From Acidimicrobiia bacterium (GTDB lineage Bacteria; Actinomycetota; Acidimicrobiia; Spongiisociales; UBA11373), in the NCBI GenBank assembly GCA_029263095.1, contig JAJCYA010000077.1, positions 2,874 to 66,873 on the forward strand: a stretch of DNA of 64,000 nucleotides. Direction: 5' to 3'. The position numbers and the translations under genes were made by a program. Under the pieces are notes generated by a model, which was not told the DNA's origin, made no database searches, and was given only the letters and a program-made list of their open reading frames with translations. Below are positions 46,008-56,111 of the stretch, in pieces. Position 1 is the stretch's first letter, and each line of letters begins with the position of its first letter.

Positions 46008-46469
46008 CTAGGAAGGTGTCGGGTCGAGACCACCAACCGCCTGGGCGTTGTCCAGGTTCTGCAGCCGGACCTGACCGCGCGCCGCAAGCTTGCCGTCGGA
46101 ATCCCGCGTGACGGTCACCTGCCACAACTGCTGGCGACGACCGCGATGGATCGGCGTCGCCTCGATCGAGAGTCGATCGGAACGCACCGGCCGGAGAAAA
46201 TCGGTCGTGTTGGAGACGCCGACCGCCCCCACGAGTCCTTGGGTGATCGCCCAGTAGGCCGCTCCGACGGATGCGGTGGCTTCGATCACGGTGCAGTAGA
46301 CGCCCCCGTGGACGAGTCCGTACGGCTGCTGATGCTTGGACGTGATTCCCAGCGAGGCCACTACCAGGTCGGGGGCGATCTCCTCGAACTCCAATCCGAC
46401 TTCACCGTTGAAGCCGTAGTTGAGGTCCTGCTCGAGTTCTGGTGGTTGTTGGTGCGCGATAGAGCGCAA
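46008..46469 (-). CDS. PaaI/hotdog-fold acyl-CoA thioesterase family protein
   Basis: GLVHGGVYCTVIEATASVGA hotdog motif; 153 aa. Confidence 0.6.
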   Translation of the reverse strand: MRSIAHQQPPELEQDLNYGFNGEVGLEFEEIAPDLVVASLGITSKHQQPYGLVHGGVYCTVIEATASVGAAYWAITQGLVGAVGVSNTTDFLRPVRSDRLSIEATPIHRGRRQQLWQVTVTRDSDGKLAARGQVRLQNLDNAQAVGGLDPTPS

Positions 46470-46516
46470 CGCTAGACGGGTGGGCGGCCGGATCGCTCGC
46501 GGCGCTCTAGACGCGG

Positions 46517-46840
46517 CTATCCGCGACTGCTGCAGGTGACGCAGCGCGAGGTAGCGGGGAGTGCCTCTTGTCGGGGTTCGCCTATGCGTTCTCCGCAGTC
46601 GTCACAGGTTCCGTATGACCCGTCGGCGAGCTTGTCCAGGGCCCTGTCGATGTCGGCAATCGATCCAGCGATGGATCGGGCGGTGGCGGTGGTGGACAGT
46701 CGTTCCACGGCCTCCGAGGTTCCATCGCCGATTCGTTTGCCAAACGCCACCGTCGATCCCGGCGGCGGTGGTTCGGTCAGCCGCTCGAGTTCGGCGGCCA
46801 GTTCGGCGCGCCGGACTTGGAGGCGCTCGGCGATCGACAT
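46517..46840 (-). CDS. DksA/TraR-family C4-type zinc-finger protein
   Basis: C-terminal GSYGTCDDCGERIGEPRQEALPATSRCVTCSS (CxxC-n17-CxxC). Start trimmed to MSIAERL. Confidence 0.6.
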   Translation of the reverse strand: MSIAERLQVRRAELAAELERLTEPPPPGSTVAFGKRIGDGTSEAVERLSTTATARSIAGSIADIDRALDKLADGSYGTCDDCGERIGEPRQEALPATSRCVTCSSRG

Positions 46841-46939
46841 CTGGTGAGCGTACGCATCATCTGGGATCACCACAGCTGTTGCGACCGAACGGCTCCGCGG
46901 CGTGAGATAACGCGGGGTCTTGGTACCGTCGGACGCGAC

Positions 46940-48319
46940 ATGCTGATTCGCCGGATGTTTGCTGTTCTCACGGCGCTCGCTGTCGTCTCGACGGCTTGTG
47001 CCGATGCTGCAACGGACCCATCCACCTCGGCACCGGTTGCGACGACGACCAGCACTACCTCTCAGGCCGCGGGGGGAGACACGACGGCAGTGTCGTCGCA
47101 GTCGTTCGTCAGCGGTGAGGTGGTGCAACTCGACCTCCCGCGATCTGATGCATTGGTCACCGACGCCGACATTGCTGCGGTTGTCGCCGCCGACACCGCC
47201 TTGGGTCTCGATCTGCTCAGGGTCGCCATAGGGTCGCAGAACGTGATGGTTTCACCGTATTCGGTCGCTACCGCGCTCAGCATGCTGTATCCCGGGGCCA
47301 GGGGTCAGACGGCGTCGGAAATCGCTCGGGTGTTGCACCTCGAGGTGGAGGATTCGACGCTCCATGAGGTCCGGAACCACATCGATTCTGTTCTGAATGC
47401 ACCTCCGCCACCGTTGGGTGACGATGACGCACGCGTGCCCTTTGCGATCCGACCGGCTAATTCGGCTTGGGGTCAGGGTGGCTACCCGTTCTTGGACGGC
47501 TACCTAGAGGTCCTCGCCAGCCACTATGGAGCCGGCCTTCACTTGCTCGACTTCGTCGGGGATCCCGACGGTGCCACCGAGACGATCAATCGCTGGGTCG
47601 AGGAAGTCACCGAAGACCGCATTCAGGATCTGATCCCGAGTGACGCGATCGACGTTCTGACCCGCCTCATCCTGGTGAATGCCATCTGGTTCAAGGCGAA
47701 TTGGGCCACGATGTTCGACCCCGCTGCGACCGCAAACGGACGCTTTGCGCTGTTGGACGGCAACGAGGTGTCGGTGCCCCTGATGCACTCCTCCATCCGT
47801 ACCGGTTTTGCGGACAACGGGTTATTCGAGGCGGTGCTACTTCCTTATGCCGGTGATGCGGCGATGGTCGTTGCGCTTCCGCGATCCGGGTCTCCCTCCG
47901 ACCTGTTGGAGCAACTCGACGCTGAGGATTTCCAGATCGAGTGGGGTGACTTTCAAGTAGATCTGACCCTCCCGCGCTTTGAGTTCGAGGCTGAGTTGGC
48001 TCTCAAGGAAACGCTGCAGTCTCTCGGAATGTTGGCAGCGTTTGTGCCACCCGGTAGTGGATCCGAGCGCGAAGCCGATCTGACCGGTATCACCGCCGTC
48101 AGGGAGCTCTATGTATCGGACGCCTTCCACAGGACGTTTATCGCGGTCGATGAGAACGGTACCGAGGCGGCCGCAGCCACCGCGCTCATCTCTGGCGTGA
48201 CATCGCTGCCGATGCCGGCGACCTTTGCTGCTGACCGCCCCTTCCTGTTCTGGATCGAACACGCCAGTACCGGTGAGGTTCTCTTCTTGGGGCAGGTCAC
48301 CAATCCCCTCGAGAACTGA
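46940..48319 (+). CDS. Serpin (serine protease inhibitor), lipoprotein
   Basis: MLIRRMFAVLTALAVVSTAC lipobox. Serpin motifs NAIWFKANW and the hinge GTEAAAATA followed by ADRPFLFWI. Confidence 0.8.
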   Translation: MLIRRMFAVLTALAVVSTACADAATDPSTSAPVATTTSTTSQAAGGDTTAVSSQSFVSGEVVQLDLPRSDALVTDADIAAVVAADTALGLDLLRVAIGSQNVMVSPYSVATALSMLYPGARGQTASEIARVLHLEVEDSTLHEVRNHIDSVLNAPPPPLGDDDARVPFAIRPANSAWGQGGYPFLDGYLEVLASHYGAGLHLLDFVGDPDGATETINRWVEEVTEDRIQDLIPSDAIDVLTRLILVNAIWFKANWATMFDPAATANGRFALLDGNEVSVPLMHSSIRTGFADNGLFEAVLLPYAGDAAMVVALPRSGSPSDLLEQLDAEDFQIEWGDFQVDLTLPRFEFEAELALKETLQSLGMLAAFVPPGSGSEREADLTGITAVRELYVSDAFHRTFIAVDENGTEAAAATALISGVTSLPMPATFAADRPFLFWIEHASTGEVLFLGQVTNPLEN

Positions 48320-48379
48320 GCCTCCCCGGCGTTGGGTCCCTACCTCGATAGCCTGCCCTCCTCCTGCCGGTGAGAAGCC

Positions 48380-49096
48380 ATGACCAGCACCCCACATCGA
48401 CCGTTGAGAATCCTGTCGGCCAATCTCTGCGGAGACCGCGCCGATAGTGCTGCCTTCGCCGAGCTTCTCGCCCGAAGCGGCGCCGATATTGCGGCCCTTC
48501 AAGAACTGGCACCGGACACGGCGGAAGCAGTGGCCGAGGTGCTTCCGTTCGGGCACCTGGAACCAGCACCCGGGGCCACAGGCATGGGCATTGCCATGCG
48601 GCACAAGGGCCAAGTCAGAGCGGTATCGCTGCCTAAACGCAACGCCCAAATGGTCGTACTCGACCCGTCGGACTGGACCACCATCGACCGCAGCTTGGAG
48701 GTCATGAATGTCCACTTCAGCAACCCACTGCGTCAGCCGCCTTGGCGTACCTGGACTCAGAGAACGGCACAGAGTCGGGTAGTTGGGACGTGGCTGGCGG
48801 ACGCCGGAGGGCCCCGCGTGGTGGTGGGGGACTTGAATTCCTCGCCGCTTTGGCCTCTCTATCGGCATCTCAGGCGTTGGGGTGATGACTTGATGCTGAC
48901 GGTCGCCGGGCGGGATGGAACGAGACCGGGGCGAACCTGGAGCCCCCTTTGGAGTGGTCGGCGACGCCTGCTTCGGATCGACCACGCTCTGGGTGCCGGC
49001 ATCGTCGCTCGGACCGCGGAGGTGCTATACGTGGAAGGTTCTGACCACTCCGCAATCGTGCTCGACATTGATGCGGCTACAGGTTCGGATGGCTAG
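48380..49096 (+). CDS. Endonuclease/exonuclease/phosphatase (EEP) family protein
   Basis: LRILSANL...ALQEL N-terminal and GSDHSAIVLD C-terminal motifs. Confidence 0.65.
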   Translation: MTSTPHRPLRILSANLCGDRADSAAFAELLARSGADIAALQELAPDTAEAVAEVLPFGHLEPAPGATGMGIAMRHKGQVRAVSLPKRNAQMVVLDPSDWTTIDRSLEVMNVHFSNPLRQPPWRTWTQRTAQSRVVGTWLADAGGPRVVVGDLNSSPLWPLYRHLRRWGDDLMLTVAGRDGTRPGRTWSPLWSGRRRLLRIDHALGAGIVARTAEVLYVEGSDHSAIVLDIDAATGSDG

Positions 49097-49129
49097 AACA
49101 CCGACATCCCGCCGACGATTCGAAACGAG

Positions 49130-49357
49130 CTAGTTCTTGTAGCGCCAGACGATGCGGCCACGACTCGGGTCGTAGACCGATAGGTCCAAGTCGACCTTGT
49201 CGCCGGGGAGGATGCGGATGTAGCGACCACGGCGCATCTTGCCCGCAGCACGCGCCAGGACCTCCATGCCTCCCTCGATCTCCACTTTGAACATCGCGTT
49301 GGGGAGGGTCTCCTTGACGGTGCCTTGTACCCGTACGACGTCGTCTTGCTTTGCCAC
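49130..49357 (-). CDS. infA: Translation initiation factor IF-1
   Basis: [65 protein letters not shown]; a GTG start gives ~75 aa. Confidence 0.85.
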   Translation of the reverse strand: MAKQDDVVRVQGTVKETLPNAMFKVEIEGGMEVLARAAGKMRRGRYIRILPGDKVDLDLSVYDPSRGRIVWRYKN

Positions 49358-49436
49358 GTTCCGGTGTGCTCTCGGGTCGGGGACGGATGAGAACCAGGTT
49401 CTCGCCGGGTCACTCAACCAGGGTGGTGCCTCTAGG

Positions 49437-49910
49437 TCAAACCTCTCCGAGAGAATCCAGATCGTCGAGCCTGGCCGCCTCGGTCGCGATCTCGGCCGCC
49501 GTCCGTCCGTTCGTAGCTATGACGGCGACCTCGCTGATCGATCTCTCGAAGCCTCTGGAGGCTCCTGCCACCCGGTGATCTTCGAGCCAGATCACCCGCG
49601 TCAGAGAGGCGTCGGTGAGAGCCGACGCCCAAGCGGTGATCGTCTCTGCCGGAGAAGCGCTGAACGAACGCTCGCGAGCATCGAACGCCGCCTCCGGGAT
49701 CACGACTGCCGAGAAACACCCCGCAGCGGCACCTGCAATGTGTGAGCCGTCCGAAACGTCGCCGACGGCCACTTTGACCCCACCATCACGCAGTCTCTTT
49801 GCAACAGAAGGGTCGGAAACGAAGGCACGAACCTCACCCCGGTTCGCCGTCAGCGCGGCAACGACGACCTCGCCCAGGGCGGTGTCGGCTCCTATGACAA
49901 TTGCGGGCAT
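49437..49910 (-). CDS. Hypothetical protein with an N-terminal Rossmann-like motif ([13 protein letters not shown])
   Basis: ORF with a plausible NAD(P)-binding start. No further support. Confidence 0.35.
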   Translation of the reverse strand: MPAIVIGADTALGEVVVAALTANRGEVRAFVSDPSVAKRLRDGGVKVAVGDVSDGSHIAGAAAGCFSAVVIPEAAFDARERSFSASPAETITAWASALTDASLTRVIWLEDHRVAGASRGFERSISEVAVIATNGRTAAEIATEAARLDDLDSLGEV

Positions 49911-50177
49911 TGGCCGAGCCTACGAGACCGTGGCGGCGGGGAACACTCGGCAGCCAGAGAGACAAGAAAAATGGAACGCATAGCGCCGCTGCCGTGTTGT
50001 AATGCGTGAAGCGGAGGTGCCGGACACGGGTCGGTCTTCCCCCACTCCCCCATCCCGGTCCGGCAGCCTCCGCTTTACCGCCTCCCGCCATTCGTTGTCC
50101 CCGCGCTGCCCCTTGTCTCGGAACCGGACGTCAATACAATCTGGCGTACACGGGTTCCAGAGGAGTTGAACGTCTCA

Positions 50178-51584
50178 ATGGCCACAGTTGACATCGATCT
50201 GAGCAAGTATCAGCTCGGCTGGCACGACACCGAGGACGATTACGTCTTCAAGCCGAAGAAGGGCTTGAACGAAGGAATCATCCGCGAGATGTCGTCGATG
50301 AAGGACGAGCCGGAGTGGATGCTCGCCTTCCGCCTCAAGGCCTATCGACGCTATCTACGCAAGCCGGTGCCGACGTGGGGCGGAGGTGGGCTCCTCCAAG
50401 AGATCGACTTCGACGACATCTACTACTACATCAAGCCGACCGAGGGTCAGGCCAAGGACTGGGATATGGTCCCCGACTCGATCAAGGAGACCTACGAGAA
50501 ACTGGGTATTCCTGAAGCGGAACGCAAGTATCTGGCCGGGGTCACCGCGCAGTATGAGAGCGAGGTGGTCTACCACCGCAATCGCGAGGATCTGGAGGAA
50601 CTGGGAGTCCTCTTCTGCGACATGGACACTGCAGTGCGAGAGTATCCCGAGATCGTCCAGGAGTACTTCGGGACGATCATTCCTCCGAACGACAACAAGT
50701 TTGCGGCACTGAATTCTGCCGTGTGGTCGGGTGGCTCCTTCATCTACGTGCCGCCGGGCGTGCACGTGGACCAACCCCTCCAGGCCTACTTCCGGATCAA
50801 TGCCGAGAACATGGGCCAATTCGAGCGAACCCTCATCATCATTGACGAGGGTGCATATGTGCACTACGTGGAGGGATGCTCGGCACCCACCTACTCCAGC
50901 GACTCGCTGCATTCGGCCGTCGTGGAGATTGTCGTCAAAGAGGGCGGCCGCTGCCGCTACACGACCATCCAGAACTGGTCGAACAATGTCTACAACCTCG
51001 TCACCAAGCGTGCCGCCGCCTACCGCAACGCCACCATGGAGTGGGTAGATGGGAACCTGGGCTCGAAGCTCACGATGAAGTACCCGGCCGTTTGGCTCAT
51101 GGAGGAGGGTGCCCACGGCGAAGTGCTGTCGATCGCCTTTGCCGGCGAAGGTCAGCACCTGGATGCCGGGGCAAAGATCGTGCATGCCGCCCCCAATACG
51201 ACCTCGCTCATCACTTCGAAGTCGATTTCGAAGGACGGCGGGCGCGCCGGGTATCGGGGCCTGATTCGGGTGGAAGACGGGGCAGAGGATGCCAAGTCAT
51301 TCGTACGGTGTGATGCGCTCATCCTCGACGAGGACAGCCGCTCCGACACGTATCCGTATATGGAGATCGAAGAGTCGAACGCCCAGATCGGGCACGAGGC
51401 GACGATCTCCAAAGTCGGCGATGATCAACTCTTCTACCTCATGAGTAGGGGCCTGTCGGAGGAGGAGGCCACTGCGATGATTGTGGCCGGCTTCATCGAG
51501 CCGGTTGTCAAGGAGCTGCCGATGGAATACGCAGTCGAACTCAACCGGCTCATCGAACTACAGATGGAGGGAAGCGTCGGTTAG
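50178..51584 (+). CDS. sufB: Fe-S cluster assembly protein SufB
   Basis: High similarity across its length to SufB (YGWHD.., [27 protein letters not shown]-terminal [14 protein letters not shown]). Confidence 0.85.
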   Translation: MATVDIDLSKYQLGWHDTEDDYVFKPKKGLNEGIIREMSSMKDEPEWMLAFRLKAYRRYLRKPVPTWGGGGLLQEIDFDDIYYYIKPTEGQAKDWDMVPDSIKETYEKLGIPEAERKYLAGVTAQYESEVVYHRNREDLEELGVLFCDMDTAVREYPEIVQEYFGTIIPPNDNKFAALNSAVWSGGSFIYVPPGVHVDQPLQAYFRINAENMGQFERTLIIIDEGAYVHYVEGCSAPTYSSDSLHSAVVEIVVKEGGRCRYTTIQNWSNNVYNLVTKRAAAYRNATMEWVDGNLGSKLTMKYPAVWLMEEGAHGEVLSIAFAGEGQHLDAGAKIVHAAPNTTSLITSKSISKDGGRAGYRGLIRVEDGAEDAKSFVRCDALILDEDSRSDTYPYMEIEESNAQIGHEATISKVGDDQLFYLMSRGLSEEEATAMIVAGFIEPVVKELPMEYAVELNRLIELQMEGSVG

Positions 51585-51594
51585 GCGCTGGTCG

Positions 51595-53370
51595 CTAAGC
51601 CGCGGAGCTTTCCATCAGGTCATTGCCGCTTGTGACCGGCAGGGTCACGACGAAACGGGCACCCGTGTCGCTCTGGCGATCTTCGGCCCATACCCTTCCT
51701 CCGTGCGTCTCGACCAGGGCTCGAACCAGGTAGAGCCCGATTCCCGTTCCAGAGAGATCATGACCCTGTCCTCTCCAGAAGCGCTGGAAGATCGCTTGCT
51801 TCTCCTCGTCGGGGATCCCAGGGCCCTCGTCGGAGACCACTACGCGGACGATCTGGTGCTCGTCGACCTGGGCGGATATCTCGATAGGGGAGTCGGCGGG
51901 GCTGTATTTGGCGGCGTTTTCGACGAGATTGATGAACACCTGGCGCAGACGATCGGCATCAGCACTCTGGAGCGTTAGATTCTCGCCCATCTCGAGGGAG
52001 ATCCTCCGGTCGGGATAGAGCCTGCCGATGAGATCGGCTGCTTCGGTAACGATCGACGCAAGATCCACCTCCCGGTAGCGGAGGTCCAGCATGCCGGCCT
52101 CCATCTGGGAGGTGACGAGGAGGTTGGAGATCAGGGCCTCGAGGTGTGCCGATTCGCGGCGGATGAGGTCGATAAACTCTGCCGTTTCCGGGTCGCTGGC
52201 GCTGTCGGCCAGTACATCACCGAACCCGATGATCGTCGTCAGCGGAGTGCGTAGCTCATGGGAGACGGCTGCCACGAATGTAGATTTGAGCTGATCGATC
52301 TCTCGCAAACGAGCGGCCGCCTCGCGTTCTGTGGCGAGGGAACGGGTGAGGCCGATAGCGGCGGCGCCTTGGGCTGCCACCCCTTTGGCCATTCGCATCT
52401 GTTGCGCGCTGATCGTGCCCCCGTACCGTCGGTCGAGCACGAGGATCCCAAACTTCTGGTCCCATGCCGTCAACGGCAGGAAGATCATTGACTCGATGCC
52501 GAAGGGCTCGTGCCATGACGGGGGTATCAGGTCGGGGTGCTTTCCGGGATCGGAGAACGCGGCCGGCTCACCGGACTGGAGTACCTGCCAGCCGATGGGT
52601 AGGTCATCGTCCGACCTGGTGAATTGGTTCCAGGCCTCGAGATCGGCATGCCCGTCGGCGAACTGACTCATGACGGGTTTGAGGCGGCCCGAGATTTCGT
52701 CGATCAGAAGCACCGAGCACCGTTCGAACCCGGTGACTCTGGCGCAGTTCTGTGCCACCGATGCCAGCACGGGGATGAGTTCGGTGGTTCGTGTCAGTAC
52801 GTCTCCTACATCCAGCAGTGCCTGTGCGTCACTGGCGCGCTGCTTCTCGGCTTCGAACGCCCGAGCATTGGCCAGGGCCATGGCCACGTATTGGCTGAAC
52901 TCTGCGGCTTCGTCGTGCCGGGCCCGCAGGATCTCGGGCTCGCCCTCGATCATCAGCACGCCCTGTAGGCGTCCTTCGCTGCGGAGAGCGAACCCAGTGA
53001 AGGCCTTGAGAGAGAACCTTTCCACGACATCCCGGGGGAGACCACCCGGATCTAGAGGGTTGTCGATCGAAATCGTCGTCTCGCCGGCTCGGATTCGGGT
53101 GACGAGCTCGAAGCGTTCTGGGTCCACGGACTGCCAGTCTTCGAACATTGCCTCGTCCGGTGCACCCGACGCAAACTCCGACACATATGGCTGGAGGCGG
53201 CCGTGGTCCTCGGAGGCGAGGAAGAGACTGACCCTGTCCACTCCGAAATTGCTGGCGATGAATTGGAACATCTCCGCAACCAGACGCTGAGTGGAGCGTT
53301 CGGTCCCGGACCTTCTGAGGAAATCGAGGATGGCATCCGAGACATGCCTGTCTCGCGGCGGCAGCTGCAT
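51595..53370 (-). CDS. Cytoplasmic sensor histidine kinase with GAF-GAF-HisKA-HATPase domains
   Basis: Two GAF-like regions, the H-box AAVSHELRTPL, and the N/G1/G2 boxes (NLVENAAKY, DEGPGI, GTGIGL). No TM segment and no adjacent response regulator. Confidence 0.75.
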   Translation of the reverse strand: MQLPPRDRHVSDAILDFLRRSGTERSTQRLVAEMFQFIASNFGVDRVSLFLASEDHGRLQPYVSEFASGAPDEAMFEDWQSVDPERFELVTRIRAGETTISIDNPLDPGGLPRDVVERFSLKAFTGFALRSEGRLQGVLMIEGEPEILRARHDEAAEFSQYVAMALANARAFEAEKQRASDAQALLDVGDVLTRTTELIPVLASVAQNCARVTGFERCSVLLIDEISGRLKPVMSQFADGHADLEAWNQFTRSDDDLPIGWQVLQSGEPAAFSDPGKHPDLIPPSWHEPFGIESMIFLPLTAWDQKFGILVLDRRYGGTISAQQMRMAKGVAAQGAAAIGLTRSLATEREAAARLREIDQLKSTFVAAVSHELRTPLTTIIGFGDVLADSASDPETAEFIDLIRRESAHLEALISNLLVTSQMEAGMLDLRYREVDLASIVTEAADLIGRLYPDRRISLEMGENLTLQSADADRLRQVFINLVENAAKYSPADSPIEISAQVDEHQIVRVVVSDEGPGIPDEEKQAIFQRFWRGQGHDLSGTGIGLYLVRALVETHGGRVWAEDRQSDTGARFVVTLPVTSGNDLMESSAA

Positions 53371-53435
53371 GGTTGACTATCGGTCGGCTTGGCGTCGGAA
53401 TTGAGGTTTGCCCGATGCTTGTGACGACGAGGTTT

Positions 53436-53933
53436 CTACATCTTGAAATCGCGGTCCGCAATTGTCTCGCCGGGGACCCACTCTCGCTCGCCGCTGAGGT
53501 CCATGAAGGTCTCGATATGGCCGAGGACATCGAATCCGGCGTCACGGAAGAACTGAATCGCCGAGGTGTTGCGACCCACCGGCCGCACGGAGAGCAGCCG
53601 AACGCCAAGGGAGGCCGCTTCGTCGACCACCTTGGACACGAGCGCTCGCCCGATACCGGCTCCTCGTCGGAGTTCTGTGACCACAACCGGCTCCACCTCT
53701 CCGGAGGTACCGTCGATGATGAGTCCAGCTAGGCCAACGATGGCGCCCTCGAGTTCTGCCACCCAGACCCTCTCGGGACCTACAGCCATCAGATGCTCGT
53801 CGAACTGGCTCCCCGGATCTTCACCGCCGATCGTGTCGACGCCGTAGATCCGACGGTGGTGCAGAGTCAGCTCCACCCAGAGATCCCGGCATGCTTCGCG
53901 ATCGGCTGCCTCGTAGCATCTGATCAGCACCAT
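53436..53933 (-). CDS. GNAT-family N-acetyltransferase
   Basis: GLAGLII..VVTELRRGAGIGRALV (acetyl-CoA-binding motif A). Start trimmed to MVLIRCYEAAD. Confidence 0.6.
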   Translation of the reverse strand: MVLIRCYEAADREACRDLWVELTLHHRRIYGVDTIGGEDPGSQFDEHLMAVGPERVWVAELEGAIVGLAGLIIDGTSGEVEPVVVTELRRGAGIGRALVSKVVDEAASLGVRLLSVRPVGRNTSAIQFFRDAGFDVLGHIETFMDLSGEREWVPGETIADRDFKM

Positions 53934-53969
53934 CCCGAGACGGTAACCCAGAATGAGTAGCCTCGACTG

Positions 53970-54455
53970 ATGATCACCGACCTGCTCTCGCGCGGCTTTC
54001 GCCGCAATCAGCGACTGATTCATGCTCACGCAGATGGGATAACGCATCAGGAGTCACTTGCTCAGACCGAGTACAACGTCAACTGCTTCAACTGGACGCT
54101 CGGGCACATCATCAGCAGCCGAGGGGGCATCCTCGAACTTCTGGGTGCGGATCGGGTGATGAGTTCTGAGGACGCCGAGAGGTATCTGAGGGAGTCGGAT
54201 CCGATAACCGAAGATGGTCCCGGAGTGCTCAAGTTCGGCGATCTGCTCTCCCTTCTCGATGCCACTGAGGAATCGCTAGAAGCGGCATTGAACGCCATGG
54301 ACGACGAGTCCATGGCCGAGGAACTCTCGGTGGAAGGCGATCGCACCGCATCCCGCGCCGCCCAGGTGATGTTTGGCTACTTTCACGACACATATCACGT
54401 CGGACAGACGGACATCCTGCGTCAGCTCTCAGGCCGGAGCGACAAGATCGTTTAG
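53970..54455 (+). CDS. DinB/YfiT-like (DinB_2) family protein
   Basis: NWTLGHI...YHVGQ His-containing helices typical of the DinB superfamily. Modest confidence. Confidence 0.45.
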   Translation: MITDLLSRGFRRNQRLIHAHADGITHQESLAQTEYNVNCFNWTLGHIISSRGGILELLGADRVMSSEDAERYLRESDPITEDGPGVLKFGDLLSLLDATEESLEAALNAMDDESMAEELSVEGDRTASRAAQVMFGYFHDTYHVGQTDILRQLSGRSDKIV

Positions 54456-54532
54456 GGATCGGCGGCCGCCGCCGCCTCCCGCAATTGGCAAGAGGGAACG
54501 AGAGTCGGTTGCTGATCGCCGATCGCTGATCG

Positions 54533-55351
54533 CTACGCCTCGGTTTCGAGCATCCGGTCTAGTGCCCGGCGGAACTGCTCGGCGAGGTCGGGTCGCGACA
54601 AACCCACCGCGGCGGTGGCCTCCAGAAGCCCGGCCGGGATGCCGGTGTCGAAAAGGTCGTCCCCAACGACCACCCCGACGGCTTGGTCGCGTCGTGCGAG
54701 AGCATCGATGGCGTCGGTGAGTTGGATCTCGCCGCCGTGGCCCGGTTCTTGGGAGGACAGCAGTTCGAAGATTTCGGATGTAAACACGTACCGGCCCGGC
54801 AGGCCGAGATTGGATGGAGCATCTGGTCCGGGCTTTTCGACTGCGCCTGTCACTTCGACGATCCCGTCTGCGGGATCCCCGCCTGTGGCGACGAATCCCC
54901 ATCGGACGAAGTATTCGTCGGGCATTGGCTGCACTGCGAGAACAGTTCTGCCATCGAATGCCTCTACCAGGCGGTGGGCGTAGGAACGGCCCGGGCGAGG
55001 GAACATGTCGGAGAGCATGCAGAGGAATGGTCGATCGCCCACGGCTTCGGCGGCACAGAGCACGGCATCGCCTAGACCGCGGGGCGCATCCTGAACCGCT
55101 CTAGTAAACGTGATGTCCTCGAGTCCGGGCACCGGCTCACCATCCGTGAAGTGGGACATCACCGGATCCCCCGGTCGTTCGTCGACCACCAGCACGATCT
55201 CGGTGATCCCAGCGCTCACTGCCTCTTCGGCAACGTATTGGATGACCGGACGATCAATGACGGGAATCAGCGGCTTGGGCACGATTCGCGTCGCGGGGCG
55301 CATGCGGGTTCCGGCACCGGCGCAGGGGATTACGGCGACGTCGATGTTCAC
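54533..55351 (-). CDS. galU: UTP--glucose-1-phosphate uridylyltransferase-like sugar nucleotidyltransferase
   Basis: [23 protein letters not shown] (G-loop) and a GT-A nucleotidyltransferase fold. GTG start at VNIDVAVIP chosen so the divergent nucS start is not overlapped. Confidence 0.65.
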   Translation of the reverse strand: MNIDVAVIPCAGAGTRMRPATRIVPKPLIPVIDRPVIQYVAEEAVSAGITEIVLVVDERPGDPVMSHFTDGEPVPGLEDITFTRAVQDAPRGLGDAVLCAAEAVGDRPFLCMLSDMFPRPGRSYAHRLVEAFDGRTVLAVQPMPDEYFVRWGFVATGGDPADGIVEVTGAVEKPGPDAPSNLGLPGRYVFTSEIFELLSSQEPGHGGEIQLTDAIDALARRDQAVGVVVGDDLFDTGIPAGLLEATAAVGLSRPDLAEQFRRALDRMLETEA

Positions 55352-55391
55352 GGACCCGACGGTAGCGCCGATCTGGCTACGCTCGCCGCTC

Positions 55392-56057
55392 ATGCGTCTC
55401 GTTGTCGCTCGCTGTTCGGTCGACTACTCGGGCCGTTTGTCGTCCCATCTGCCATCGGCCGTCAGGCTTCTCATGATCAAGGCCGACGGCTGCGTGGCCA
55501 TCCACGCCGACGGTGGCGCCTACAAGCCCCTCAACTGGATGAATGCTCCGAACCATCTCGTCGAGTCGGACAATCAGTGGGTCGTAACAAATGCCAAGGG
55601 CGAGACGCTCACGATCTCTCTCGAACAGGTACTGGCAGACGTGTCGCATGAGCTGGGGGAGGATCCGGGATTATCCAAGGATGGCGTTGAGCGAAACCTC
55701 CAAGAGGTTCTGGCCGAGCGGCCGTGGGCCATCGAGGACGGATTGGAGATGCTCGAGCGTGAGTACATGACGGATCTGGGTCCGGTGGACCTCTTGTGCA
55801 GGGATCGAGACGGACAGGTCGTAGCGGTCGAAATCAAGAGGAAGGGAGAGATCGCCGGTGTAGAACAGCTGACCCGATATCTCGACTTCCTCAACAAGGA
55901 CTCGACACTCTCGCCGGTACGCGGGATCCTGGCAGCTCAGTCGATTGTCCCTCAGGCGAGGACGCTCGCCTCCGATCGTGGCATTGGCTGCATCGAGGTC
56001 GACTACGACGTTCTTCGAGGGGTGGAGGGGATGGCCCCGCGACTATTCAATATCTGA
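55392..56057 (+). CDS. nucS: Endonuclease NucS (EndoMS, mismatch-specific)
   Basis: [23 protein letters not shown]...[13 protein letters not shown]...[35 protein letters not shown], collinear with mycobacterial NucS. Confidence 0.85.
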   Translation: MRLVVARCSVDYSGRLSSHLPSAVRLLMIKADGCVAIHADGGAYKPLNWMNAPNHLVESDNQWVVTNAKGETLTISLEQVLADVSHELGEDPGLSKDGVERNLQEVLAERPWAIEDGLEMLEREYMTDLGPVDLLCRDRDGQVVAVEIKRKGEIAGVEQLTRYLDFLNKDSTLSPVRGILAAQSIVPQARTLASDRGIGCIEVDYDVLRGVEGMAPRLFNI

Positions 56058-56111
56058 GACAAGTAGGCGTCTGTCGCAGGTCTGTTGCAGGTCTGTTGCG
56101 ATGGCTCGGCG

